Notes under the pieces: model-generated
The model's input: the letters and a program-made list of their open reading frames with translations, nothing else
The model's database searches: none
What the model was told of the DNA's origin: nothing
In this document: positions 14,101-27,889 of the stretch, piece by piece
How positions within the stretch are numbered: the first letter of the stretch is position 1
Layout of the letters: every line of letters begins with the position of its first letter
Made by a program: the position numbers and the translations under genes
Assembly: GCA_017499595.2 (NCBI GenBank)
Contig: CM039001.1
Location: 2,046,001-2,110,000, forward strand
DNA from: Psilocybe cubensis
Taxonomy: Eukaryota
DNA: 64,000 nucleotides
Direction: 5' to 3'

Positions 14101-17100
14101 CCAGCGATCGTGGGGCGTGAGGATTTGCTTGATCATTCACAGGATCTTTTGCGTATAGATCACGCATTGGTTGATGTGTGTTTGTCTTGCAAGTCTTCAT
14201 CAAACCGCCTAGAGCTCATAGACATCTGCGATGTTTCTATTCAAATCCCTCTTATACGTATTGACTTTCAGCTGGTCCATGTTTATAACATCCTTCTTGG
14301 TCTCCAAACAATCCGCATTATAAACCCTCCAGATCCGCCCAGCTTATCCAACCACACGCTACAAAGTGTTGGTGACGAAAGGGCCGATGTTGTTTTATCA
14401 GTACATGGAAATGTAACAGCTATTCAGGCTGTCGTCATTTTACCCACCCAAAAGTTGATTCTACGTATGGATGGGTTCAGTGGCCATTTGAACTCCGAAG
14501 GACCTCCAAGATTAAAATGGACAAGAACTACGGCTTACGTTTTACTTCCATCACAGATCAATCGTTGGGAAGAGGTATCAGAATCCAAGTGGGATGAATT
14601 CGTAACCCTGCAAACTTGGGAAATCTCGTTCACGCAGCTCGCGGGATCTCTGTGCGTGTCTGTTGATGGTGATAGTGCACGTTTACGGATTCCACATGGA
14701 TTTGTATTGGCCGAATTGGTCAAAGATCTGTCTGTGTCCATGAAGGCAATCAAGCATATGGCTCATATGGCGAGTGCCGGGTGTTATTCAAAAATGCCCT
14801 CGCCCTCACCTGAAGGTCCTAAATCCGTTCCTCATCTCACAATACGATTGGCGACATTGTGCTTGGAAGCTCAAGACGACCCTTTTGAAAGCAAGCTCGG
14901 GCTAATATGGCGGACAGGCGCGGAGGCAGTCAAACAACGTATGGACCGTGAACAAGCATTCAATGCCAAAGCTGCAGCCGTGTTACTTGCCGAGCCTGAC
15001 CTGTCCTCAGAAGTTCCTGAGATCGGCGAAGCAGAGAACGAATATCAGTTCGATGCAAAACACTCGGTCTCGATAAAGGAAGCCAGAGCAAGGTTAGACG
15101 AGGTTCACGTCTTAGATTGGATTCTTCGCCTTGATCGTGCTAAGAAAAGACGCATCAAAGAGGCAGACGCGCTGTTGCATGCACTGTTTGGCGCCTCTGT
15201 TTCTTTGGCTCCCGACTCACTATTGGATTTCATGAAACTGCCAGAAATTTCGTCTGATCCTCCACTTTTCCGAGCTGTGTTGCAAAACTTATGCCTTACT
15301 ATCTCCCCGCCCAGCTTTAGCCTTGATTCACTTCCAGATGCTTTGTATAATATGGGCAGTGGTATACCCCGTGATACAAAGTATTCTCTACTTGTTCCTC
15401 TCCATATCCACTTTACCTTGACAACTATGCATATAACGTTAAGAGATTATCCTCTTCCCTTGTTGAGTATCTCTGATCAGTCCTCATCCGCTATTTCATG
15501 GACCTTCGACACGGACTTCATTGCCGCCGAAGAAATGGGAACTGATCGATCCGTAGATTGGGTTCCGTGTCCAATCGTAGAACCTCATCAAGCTCGTCAT
15601 GGAGAAGCGCCATTCTCCATTCTTGTCCCAAAAACCATCATGCCTGTCAAAACATACGCCGCACCGATCATAAAAATTACAACTCGAGATCCTACGGTCT
15701 TCTCCTGGGGAGTGAGTTACGGCCCCGCCATTCAAGATTTAATGCGAATTGTCGACACACTTTCAAGTGCTCCTCGAGATTCCTCGCCTGCTATTGGTTT
15801 TTGGGATAAAGTATGTTCTTTCATATAAGTTTTAGTATCTATGACTGAGGTTTTTATAGATGCGGCTTGTTTTCCATTGGACTGCAAAGGTTACCTTCCG
15901 CGGGGACGTTCGCCTTTACATTAAAGGTAGTTTACACGTCCAGCTGTCTTTATATTAGGTCTGATGTTTTAATCGCTACAGGGAGTCGTGACCCGTATAG
16001 TGTTTTTGATACTGGTGCCGGATTTGTGCTTTGTTGGCAAGGACTTCCTGAAATCAGAATTGGCTACGAAAATCCACAGCAAGAACTGATTCAAGTGACC
16101 AGTGATAAAATGTTGATTGCTATTCCAAAGTCAGTTACTTCATCGAGAATTGCGACTTTGTTTAATAATCACAATATTAGCTTCAACAACGGTCTAAGTC
16201 TTCAAAAAGGTTCATTGAATACGACTAAACCCTTTGAGAAAGTCTGTGCTCGTTTGACGTCAGGCGTTCGGTTCGGCATTGGTTTTGTTCTTGAAAGATC
16301 ATGTGGTCCCGACTGCCCATACGAGAACTGTGCAGGTTCACCGTTTCATCGAAAGTGCCGGTATTTCTCATTCAGACCTCATTTTGATGTCAAACTCGAA
16401 ATGAAACCATCACCCCCATCCTATAAAGTACGTTATAATCTCGTTCTGATGTTATTAACTCACTCTTTCCCATCAGGCTCGTGATGACTCGTACAACGGC
16501 TTTCGGTCTGACTTCATTCATCTGTCTGTATCCCTAGCCAGTTCGATGAAGACGAAAGGTCACCAAATGAATCCTCAAATAAGTAATATTTATCTTACGC
16601 CGAAGGTTTTTGCCCACTTTTGGTCGTGGTGCTCTCTTTTCGAGGGCGCCTCTCTCCCAATTCGACAAGGCAATTATCATCCCTCGAGACATATATCACC
16701 AAAGCTAGGCCGCCATCTTGCTACCTTGAAGTATAAGCTATCACTTTCATCCCTATATTTTTTGCATGGATACATGGACGACGCTAGAGAAAGTAAGTAT
16801 TGTAACCCACTTTGATGTTTGCCAACTGACACATCGATAGCATGGGTTGATGGTGTTACTCCTTGGGTTGGTTTGAAAGGGAAAATAGATGAACTTCAGG
16901 CTGACCTTCACCAACGTGATGAAGAATCGACGACTACTGGACCCATTTCAAACACGACCAGAGTTGATAGAAAAAAACCATTTTATGCTGCAGAAGTAAT
17001 CATGAGAGGCATTGAACTCCGTGCTATGCTCGCGATTTTTTCAGAACCTATGAAGCAGAATACGGATATGACGGCCCCCCCACAAAGAAGTAATTACAGA

Positions 17101-20100
17101 AAGCATACGACCCTTCCTATAACTCCGCCTTCTTCCATTTGGTATGACTTGGACGATTTTGTGGAACTAAATTGGTCCCTTCCAACAGATCCCCCTCAAC
17201 TGCATCTATTACCTTTGGCAGGATGTCCTCATTTTACATATTTCAAACGAAACGAAGCTCTGTCTGGATCGCCTCAAACCAGTAAATTTGGGTCTGAACA
17301 TTCACACAACTGCCTTCTCGGTAAAGAACCATGTAAGTCTGTCAAAGAGTAACTGCGCTACTAGGTTCTTAACATTAGCCTTGAAGCTGTTCCCAAAACG
17401 CAGATAGCTCTGGCTAATGCTAGAGTCATGGAGCTCAAGAGTCTTATATCGGAGAACAAAGGAAGCAAGGTGTGTCTATAAACTTTGTACCACCCTTCAC
17501 AATTGATTATTTTTATCAGGGCACAAGGACAAGATCAGTGATGAAAATGGTTGCTCTCCTGGAAGAATACGTCAACATTCTAAAGGAAGTTGAAATACGT
17601 CCAGAATCTGCTCGAGAGAAGGTTGCTCAGAGTTATCACATGCCTGCGGATATAGTCTCCTCAGAGGAATGGGCAGAATTCGATAACGTTTACCAAATAC
17701 ATTGCCCCAGTATATCTATGGACAGTGCTGTTCGCGACGTGCGTGACTGTCTTTGCCTTATCCCATTGAACTCAACTGTGATATAAACAGATCATGATGC
17801 AATACTACTACTGCTCTCGAGATCGACGAGGCTTCGAGTACCATATGGCTACAAGGTAACATTGTCCCTTAGCCAATGAATTATTGCTTGACGTCGTTGA
17901 CAGGGCAGTCAAGTTTATTCGAGATCAAGCCAATGCCGGTTCCGTCACTGACACCGAGGACGAAAGTATCAAAAGTCCGACAAACACAGCCCAGCTCGCT
18001 GCTGTTGCCTTGCGCAAGATTCTAAAGGGCGGTAATGATATCAGGACATCGGTGGATATTATACGCGAAAAGAATGCTCAGCCTCCCGGCGAAGTAAAGC
18101 CTTTATCAGGCTGGACCGAAGATGTATCACTTCGAAAGAGTCATTGCTGCCTTCTACTAAAACCCCAGATTATTCTAAGGGGAGAAGGCGTTAATGATAC
18201 ATGTATAGTTGCAGCTGCGCAAGCAAAGCTTCAATCATTTGCGATCATGGACCCTCTAAACATGGAAGATCCTATCAGTGGCAAGATTATGTCAAGGTAC
18301 ACAATTTGTCAATGCGTTTGTCAGTACTAATGTCTTAAACTTACTTCTAAAGGAACTATACGTCACTAACAGGCCTGCAGGCCTTTGCTCCAATCGATGG
18401 ACAATCAACGAAGAACGGTTCTGTTCCCTTGGAAGTTCTTGTTGATCTTCGTTGCGAAACTGACGCGTTCGAAAGACTTGTTCCTCAAACGGAAGCCACC
18501 TTCCATTATGACAAGTTCAATCGCCTCCGATTACGCAATAACATCACTTCAATCATCTCCAGAGCCGATACCAATAGTGCTAGTGTAAACGATAGCCATC
18601 TGCAGAATCAAACCGTAAGAGAGCACCTCCATTAATATGAGCTTATCCAACTTACGCGGATATCTTAGGATCTGATCCGGGTACATATACCTCGCTTCAC
18701 AGTTTCAGCAAACTCTGAACATTTGAATGCCATTTCGAATATTGTCACTAAATTACTCCTCTTTTCTGATCCCGCACACAAAACAAGGCTGGACAAACTT
18801 GAAACGCTAATTTTCACTTACGACTTCACAGACTTGTCGTCAGCTTCTACAGTGGTTTCCAGCCTACAGGGACGATTAAGATCCGCTTTAGAAATGCAAC
18901 GTCTCAGTGGAAGGAATATTAACCGTATGGACGAGGAAGACGCTCGCCTTGGAATGTTGCAACTCAAAGCCCACATATTCCTTTTATCCGAGGAACTAAA
19001 TCTCCTATTTGACACGATTAAAATGGCACAAGATCGTTATGACGATCAAGCGGACCAAAAATCCGCACTCCTTCTGCATGCTTCGTCATCCGAAATATCA
19101 TGGAGAATGCTAGATCCACGCCGCAATCTGCTATCCAAACTTGTTGTCTCTGATATCAATTTTCATTGGCTCAGCCGGCAAGATAGTTCAACGGTCAATA
19201 ACTTGACTATCGGAAATCTGACGGCGTTTGACGGTTCTCGATACGCACTTTGGGCAGAAATTCTTTCCAAGTATGACGAGCCTCCCAATCATCCACTTTT
19301 AAAGGTACGATTACAACATTGGAACACATTATAATACGAATGCTAATCATGTCGTTGAGTAGCGGGGTTTGTTCATGTCTGCAAGTTGGATTATTCTTGC
19401 ACCTGTTGGAGGTATCACTATATACGAAACTTTTGAGCTGTCTTTTCATCCCCTTCGTTTGCAACTGGATGCTAAAGTAGGCCGCCGAATCATGGAGTAC
19501 ATTTGGCCAGATCGCGGAAATCGCCAAATATCCACACAGGACCCACCAAAGGACCACCAGCATGGCGTCGCAATCACTGCGAAGAGCCCAACGACAGGAC
19601 GCTCGTCTATTGACTCTCCACGAGGTTTACATACACCTAAACTATCGGTTGGTTCGTCTGGTAAACCAGACGCCCCTGCTTTGCGCAAACTTGGGAGCTC
19701 TAGATCATTCACAGATTTGCGGTCTTCGGTCAAAGAAGACAACCTACTAAGCCCGCCGTTATTTTCAAGTGCTCAAGGTTTCTTGAGCCCCCCAGCCTTC
19801 CTCAAACGAACCCATTCCACCGATTCCGTTAATTTTACGAGTATGTTGGATGCGTCGGTAATTCCAGGATTGAACGATAGTATTGATAACGAGGCTGCGG
19901 AAATTGATCGGAAACTTAAAGCCGCGGGTGACGCACAAGTCATGAAAACGCGTTCCTCCCAGAAAAGTTTCGTTCTTGTCCGAATTTCAAGGTCAGTAAC
20001 TGGTCAACTGTAATTTTGGGTGATCATGTCTGAGGTAGACCCAAAAGCCTACATCTTCTTTTAAGCGTTATCAAGGAAGGGTCATTCGAATGCCATGACG

Positions 20101-20750
20101 CCAAGATCAAGACTCGAGAACTAGAATACCGTAACCAGACTTGGAGTGTAAGATCGATTTTCACTTCACTTTCATTTTTTCTAACAGCAAATTTTATAGT
20201 TTGAAGAATTGGTGAGCCAGTTTATACCCTCCAATATGAGCTGGCGAGGCTGGGTGAAAATGGCTTTCCACCAACCTCTGGTGCCGGTTCTTCCTGTTGC
20301 TCGGGAGCTACTTTCCAAAACCAAATGGACTGCATCGAAGACAACGAACCAACCACACGACAATCCATTGCGCCTTCTTCATCCCAAGATATTTGCCACC
20401 GATGATGATCGTCGTCTTACCATGCTACAAAATGAAAACGCAAGAAAGCAAGAAGGACCATCCAAATCTGTATGGAAGAATGCTTTGCGAAGTAACAAAG
20501 ATTCTCCTTCTTTCACATCGCTTCCAATTACGGACGAACCTGAACCAATGGAGTCCGGGGAGCGAGAAGATGTGGACCATACCGTAGGTCGCAAACGTGT
20601 CAAAAGTCTCTTTGGTAATAAGAACTCGCGGCAAACGTCCAAAACACGCACCTCCAAGGTGAGTAGTCAACTAGTAATTCTATCAAAAAGACACTACTGA
20701 AAAGTGCCATACAGCGTCGCTCTGAAGACATACTCAAAGGGAACCCGTAA
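11128..20750 (+). CDS. FMP27: FMP27/Hobbit/BLTP2 bridge-like lipid transfer protein, very large and multi-exon
   Basis: N-terminal hydrophobic anchor; DDPFESKL, LRDYPLP, the GFWDK motif (AIGFWDK), GSRDPY, GFRSDFIHLS; Apt1-like C-terminus HPLRLQLD..IMEYIWP. The start may lie further upstream (possible intron at ~11050-11113). Confidence 0.9.
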
Positions 20751-21183
20751 TTTGCTTACCATGGCTGCTTTAATCTTATGTATCTATCACGACCTAATTA
20801 TTTAGTAATTAATGTAATATTCGTCTGTATCTGTCTGTATGTATTATATAGAATACCATGGAATTGGATTGTCGACCCTATCTTTGATCGCGATTTGGAC
20901 TGTGACCTAGATCTGAAGTGAAAGTTTAAGCTGTATAACGAACTGTAACTTGGCTAGCATATATAGTACATCGACATTACAGCCTATTCAATGGATTCAA
21001 TCCATTTCACGTCACATGATCCGTTTATTCTTGTGCTGCTCCGGTTAAGGAATAGTGGCGCCGCGAACATCGTTGTGTACCACCGTCCTGATGGTCCTGT
21101 ACAAGTTACTTAAGACGGCGTGCGCTTCCGATCTCTATCCGCATCTTCTCTCTCTCATTCTCCCACCATAAGCTTGGAGGATT

Positions 21184-23452
21184 ATGCCTTCTATTAGGAT
21201 CAAGGGGAAAGCAAGTTACGCCAACTTAGAGGACATTTCTCCAGACTCGGGCCCGGATAATCGTCTCAGTGTTGCTGGAACAAGTCCCTCTAATAGGAAC
21301 ACATTCTCTAGGTTCAGTGGCGGGTCGGTTCGCGTACATCCCAGTTCTTCTACACCGCAATTGCAATTGACATCAGAAGATGCACAACCGTCTCCACTAT
21401 CGCAACAGGCAACCCCGGGCAGACCCCGCGCTTTGACCACGACCAGTCGAGTTCATGATCATTGTACATCACGAACTTCGCAATTCCTCAGCCCGACTCA
21501 AGATAACAGTCCCGCGTTTCACTCCCCCCAATTCTCCTCTATAACACCACGGCTTTCACATCTAAACCCCCAAGGGTCTGAAATGATGAACATTTCAGGT
21601 TTACAACCTGGCAGATTGTCTTCTAATGGAGAACTTGGATTAATTGAAAATTCTATCAATCTCTCTGACATGGACGAGGATGGAGGGGATCACCATCATG
21701 ATGACGTTGTGGAGCATTTGGATGTTATTGGTATGTTATAACCTCCTCACCTAGTACCTTCTTATCTTCATCGTCATCCGCATTAGACTCGCAAGTCGGT
21801 GCCATTTCTAATCTCACCAATGCGGCTAACTCGATCCTGATGTATACTTAAGGAATTCTCTGTATTTCCTTACATGAACTAATTGTAAATTGTAACAGTC
21901 CACCCTCGTCATGGTATTCGCGGAAACCGGTTGTTCTACTGCCTGTAACACCCATTCGACCTGGTGATAATCCGGAATTCGAAAATCCCTTAGACAGGCA
22001 TGTAGACGATGTTCTGAATCGACCATCCAAAGTTCGGCGCACGTTCATGGGGGTGTGGTCCTTTTTGAAGACTCGTATGTCGTATACTTTATTTCAATTA
22101 AGCCCTTTTTTAAAAATAGGTTCTTCAGCGATGGGCGTACGTGTGTTTGCCTTCGACCAGCACCTTATACACTTTTTAATTTATCTTATAGATTATAACC
22201 GGAATATACGGTTTCTTGGTCGGTATGTAGTTGAATTTAATGAAAGGTGTCTATTTGATTGATTGCGGCTTACAGTTTTTTGGGGTGCTGCTATTGTGAT
22301 TTTTTTGGCGAAGATCATCAATTTCCACAATGCCAATACCCAAGGATTCTGGGTTGAAGTATCCTCTCAGGTTGAAACTGGTAAGCTTTTCATTCGTCGG
22401 TGTCATACACAGCTCAATAAAGTTTCCAGGGCTGTTCACCGTCACTAGCATCGGACTTATTCCATCGCGTGTACTGGATACATACAGTCAGTGGCTTTCT
22501 CTAGTGAATCACTCTCAAGGCGTATTTATGTATCGGCTCAGGAATATGGAAGATTTGGCGGTATAAACAAAAAACAATAAAACTCCGGAAGAAGGCAGGA
22601 TTGCCACAACTTTTCGATGTTGATGATCTCCCAGATCCAGTCTACGATCCAAATTATGTTCACGTCTTAACGGAAGAAGAGCAGACAGATCTCCATAGGC
22701 GTTAGTCGTTTGTCCTACGTTTAAAATGACATCTAACCGGACCATCGCAGAGCAAAGGAAATTTCAATATTCACAAACTTGGTATAGGGCTCATGGAACG
22801 GAAACTCACAGAGTATGATCCTCTTTTTCATACCTTGTTGTGTCTTGAGTATTGATCATTCTTCATAGGCCTTTCCTATCACGTAAATTGAAATTTTTGT
22901 ATTTTATTGTTTACCTCAAGCCGACGGTGATGACAGCATGGCTTTATGGATCTGCTTTCTGAACGATGGAAATTCAATATTTCAGGTGAAAGTCTTGGCG
23001 CATTATAAAATACACGACTCATCTTTTTGTAGATCTTTCTCTGCGGTACAATGTGGGGATTAAATAGGTGCTGTTACATCGATCTTCATGTGTAGCACAG
23101 ACTCATCGACGACAGGTTTCAGCGACCGGCATGGACCACCGGAATTCTTATCCCAGCCAGTTTTCTCTGTGGAATCGGTGCCGCCGTAGTTATATGGAAA
23201 GGCGGCGAAAAGACGAAACGAGTTGAAAAAGTTAGGGAGAAGCTCAAAGCAGCACTTTCTACAAGACGTGATCTACCGCCATCGATTGTGGTCGATGGTA
23301 CACTGCCTGAAAGTCTGACCCGTAACCCGGAGCCTAAAATTATCAGGAAACCCCTCCATGAGAAGGCAAAGGATACCAGCGATCTCGACTTTGCGACGAC
23401 AATTGACGAACACATGACAGTACCCTCGAGGGGAAATATTTCGGAGGTTTGA
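21184..23452 (+). CDS. Fungal integral membrane protein, DUF2985-like, many small exons
   Basis: Spliced reading KTPMGIITGIYGFLVVFWGAAIVIFL..FWVEVSSQVETGLFTVTSIGLIPSRVLDTY, then RPAWTTGILIPASFLCGIGAAV. Confidence 0.7.
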
Positions 23453-23547
23453 AGGATGAACATTCAAACAATAATTAAATTTTATAGTACTATATCACGG
23501 AGACCATTTAATACTATATGTGTGAACCACCCAAACAATTACCCCTC

Positions 23548-24494
23548 TTATTCGTTATTTATGCGCGCTAAATATGCAGCCCAACCCTCTGCCATGTACC
23601 GTTCAGCTTGCGCTGCTATAGTATCCACTGCTTTTGAATCTGTTCCATATATTCCTCTTCCGACTATAATGATATCGCAGCCAGAACCGAATATAGCTTC
23701 CCGTGGTGTTCTATATTGTTGGCCCATAGAGTCACCCTTGGCGTCCAGCCCAATTCCTGGGGTAAGAATGAGGAAATCCTCATCAGACGTGTCTTCCTCT
23801 TCGCTGGAGCCTACTCCATCCATCCTTTTCTGAGCGATAAATCCAATTACAAAATCTCGGTTTTGACGGGCCATTCGCACAGCTTCCTCTGTGTATGTTC
23901 CAACTGCCAGTGAACCTTTTGTGCTCATTTCAGCAAGAAGTAGAAGTCCACGTCCCAGCGGAAGTCCAACCGATGACAATCCTTTGATGATAGAAAGGCC
24001 AGGAACGGGGTGGGCGTTTGTCAGGTGCGACCAGCTTGCGATTTTGTATACGCCACTTGAGTACTGTAAAGCGACTGTGTTTCCTACATTCATCGTAAGC
24101 CTAATTTCAAATTCAAAGAGGGAAAGGATTCCAACCGATGTCGGCGAATTTCCTATCTTCAAAGTAAACAAAATCGTATTTTTGGCTCAGGTGTTGGAGC
24201 TTCTCGATCAAGGAAAAGTCGAAATTTTGGATAATATCAATATGTGTCTTGAAAAATAATTCATGAGAATGCTTCTGGATACAACCCAGCAAGGGCATTT
24301 GCCTTTATCATGCAGACGTACGGGGCAACGGCTTCGATAATGGCCAGTAAGTCGTTGGCGTCAGTTACGTCTACGCTGACCGCTAGATTGGACTTTTTGC
24401 GCTCCATTGTTTCCAAGATCAATTTGGCGGTTGGATTACTAAAGTTAGATACCCTATTTCCATAGGTCTTCTTGTATGCAGACGAAAAAGACAT
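23548..24494 (-). CDS. URA3: Orotidine-5'-phosphate decarboxylase (pyrG), 2 introns
   Basis: [60 protein letters not shown]. Confidence 0.97.
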
Positions 24495-24656
24495 TGAAGC
24501 GTAAGTGTAGTTGACGAGCTTCGACGAAAATCAAGATACGTTCCAGATATGCACAAAGGGTAGATAAGATCAAAAAAGATTGACAATTAGAAGATAAGAT
24601 AACAAAATGACGATCAGTCGGGTTGTGTTAAAATAGCATCGCACGGTTAAACCACC

Positions 24657-27546
24657 ATGTCGTCCCTGGTGATTCATGAACGTGAGCAAGACGATTCCGA
24701 AGTAGAGAGATACTCTAAACGCCCCAAGCTTGACGACGATTTGGAAGGGAGTACCACTGGCTTTGGTCCCGATAACTCTGTACTTCCTCCAAGTCATGCA
24801 TTACTCGGCATCCCTAAACCTGTTGCTAAAGAAGGCTCTGCCTTAAACTTTCTTGAGGCGGACGTCGGTATATCAGAGTATGTTGGGCGCGGAGAAGCAA
24901 AGGTGGAAGGCATAATTAAGCAAAGGTACATTGATGTTCTTAGAGTTGCTGCTTTTAATTGACAATTTTGGCCAGATTCACAGACTTCCTGGTGTATGAG
25001 GTCGACCAGGATAACAATGTCATTCATATAAAATCACTGTCTAAACCAGAATCAAACAAGCCAGAAAAAGGGGAACCACAATCCACGACATTGGGAGAAT
25101 CCTCAACCAAGGAACCAAATCAATCAGACATGCCCCCAGACGTGTCTGCAAATGAGTGCCAATCAACTCAGGGTACTCCGCCATTGAAACCTTCGACAAA
25201 GGAAGATCCCTGGCCAGAGCATTTCAACTCTTCGCTGTCACCATTCCTAGACGAGGAAAGCGTAAGCAAACTGAGGCAAATTTTTTTGGAGGGGCCAGAA
25301 CCTCCTAGAGTAAGCGATGGCGGTTGGGCCGGACGCGTCTCAACCTCGATGTCCGGAGAAGCAAACCCCTCAGCCGATCAAGACTCTGAGGACAAAACCA
25401 CAAATGAAAGTAGTGGGGCAGAAAATCGTCGTGGTCGTGGGGGAAAGCGTGGTGGCAGAGGAGGTCGGGGTCGGGGTGGAGGTCGAGAGGACACAAGGAA
25501 GGTTCTTTCCAATGTAACTATATTATGTGTCTTTTTTTCTGGTCATTTTCAGCTGATTCACAATTCTTAGCCCATGACCTCCAAGGACGCGCGAACTGCT
25601 TTCCACAAAATAATTCGCGAACTTTTCGGAGGAAAACTCGATACAGAAACTGACACGACGGGAACAAAAAATGAAGAAGGCTCGCGCATTTCAGTTAAGT
25701 GGGCCAACAGAGGTGGAGGTGGAAGAGGGGGAGGAAGAGGAGGAAGAGGGGAAACCTCAGGTATTGCTCTACCAAATCTCGCTGACCTTTTGATGCTCAA
25801 ATGCTTCAGGCCGTGGATCTTACCCTCCTTACATCCACTTCACTCTTCAAAAAACCAATCGTGACACCCAGGATGCACTGGGTCATCTGGCACGCAACCT
25901 TCATGTTAACGTTAAAGATTTAGCTGTGGCCGGTACTAAAGACAAACGTGGTGTAACAGTACAGAGAGTGTCACTCAGTCGCGGAAATAAGACCGTTGAG
26001 GATGTTTGGAAGCTTGCCAATAATGTAGGTCCAAGGCGAACTGCAGAGGACGCCATTTCTCAACGTGGAGAGCGGGGAATACGGATTGCGGATTTTAACT
26101 ATCGAAAAGCTGGTCTGGAGTTGGGCATGCTAAAAGGGAATGCCTTTGTTATTACATTGAGGTACGTTTCCTGTATTTAACAAATGAATGGCTTTTGATC
26201 ATCCCATACAACATTTCCAGAAATGTCAAGGTGAAATCTATGGAAATTTTGGATGAGGCGATGAACACGATAAAACACAAAGGCTTTATCAATTATTATG
26301 GTACTTAGTACCATCTGTCAGTATTGACCCCTAACTTATTATATCAATCCAGGAATGCAACGTTTTGGAACTGCCTCGGTGCCAACGCACTCCATCGGGT
26401 TGGCTTTACTGAGGTCAGAATGGCAGAAAGCTGCAGACATGATCCTCAGAAAGAGGTTTGGGGAGCATCCTGATGTCGAAGCAGCTAGAGACGCCTGGTT
26501 GGTGGAACGCGATTTAGATAAAGCTTTGAGTCTCTTCCCCAGACGCGTTGTTGCGGAGCGCTGTATCTTGGAGAGCTTCAAGAAACAAAAGGGCGATACT
26601 CGAAATGTCATGGGTGCCCTATCTACTGTGGGTGCCCCTTCACTGTTGTCACAGCGTCCTGTGGCTCATGAAGGTATACTTAGATTCCTCGCAACCTCCG
26701 TTTGATGTATATTCATGCCTACCAGTCATACGTCTGGAACGCTATCGTGTCTGAGCGTCTTCGTGAGTATGGTTGTGAACGGCCGATTGTGGGTGACCTT
26801 GTGTTCGATTCCCCCAAGAGCAAGGAAGCTATGGATGTTGACGTTGGAGAGGATGCATTGGAGAATGAGGCAGAAGAGGCAGGTGAATGCATCAATTTTT
26901 ATACATTGATTTGTAGTTATTGATTCCCTTGTTTCCCGCAGCCGTCTCGTCTAAGAAAAACCGAAAGCCGTACGAAGCACCTCAAATCAAGACCTTGACA
27001 GAGGGAGATCTCGACAAATACAGTATTTTTGACGTCGTTATGCCATTGCCAGGTACAGACGTTGCATATCCAGGAGGAAAACTGGGTGAACGGTACCGAG
27101 AATTCCTGCGCATGGATGGTCTTGATCCGGATAACTTTTCGAGGAAGCAAAAGTAAGTTCTGATAGACATCATTGAATGAAGAAGAGTAATCATAAATTT
27201 GTGCAGAGACTATACTCTGAACGGATCTTATCGAAAAATGCTACATCTCCCCAAAGAACTTTCGTGGTCCGTCCTGCGGTACACTGACCCAGATGTCTCC
27301 CTGGCACAGTCGGACGAAGACAAATTACTTGGATTTGATCCCCCGGCGGTGGTAGAAGACGGTAAATTTATGGCACTGCAAATCAAGCTCACCCTTGGTA
27401 CTGCAGCATATGCCACTATGGCTTTGCGGGAAATCACGAAAACTGACACGAGCTCTCATGTGCAAACAAGTCTCACGGCTGCAGCTGAAGATCAAAAGTA
27501 TCGTGGGATTGGGATGGAAATGACACCAAGCGCTGAAGAAGAGTAA
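24657..27546 (+). CDS. PUS7: TruD-family multisubstrate pseudouridine synthase, multi-exon
   Basis: [15 protein letters not shown], catalytic [55 protein letters not shown]. Confidence 0.95.
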
Positions 27547-27889
27547 TTGTGCCATCGGAGGATTCACTAGTAATTCTAACATGAGACAGTATCTCTAGAT
27601 GAGATTGTTTTCGAGCGCTAATATATATTGTCATGTTATTTCGTTGCTGTAGGGCACTGGATTTATGTGGTGTGGTGAGAATGGAATTTGTTGCGTGTCT
27701 GCGTGCAAGGCCGGCAAGAGAGGCGTGAGGAAAGAGGTCGGGGCAATCAGACAGTAAATTGGGTTACCGTCAGCCGGCTGTCTTTTTGAATTTCATCCGA
27801 CGACGTGTTCTCAGCGCAAACTCGTTATAAATGTATCATTTCACCTGAACAGATTCTTACCGCTTTCTCCGTCTTCATCCACCTCCACC

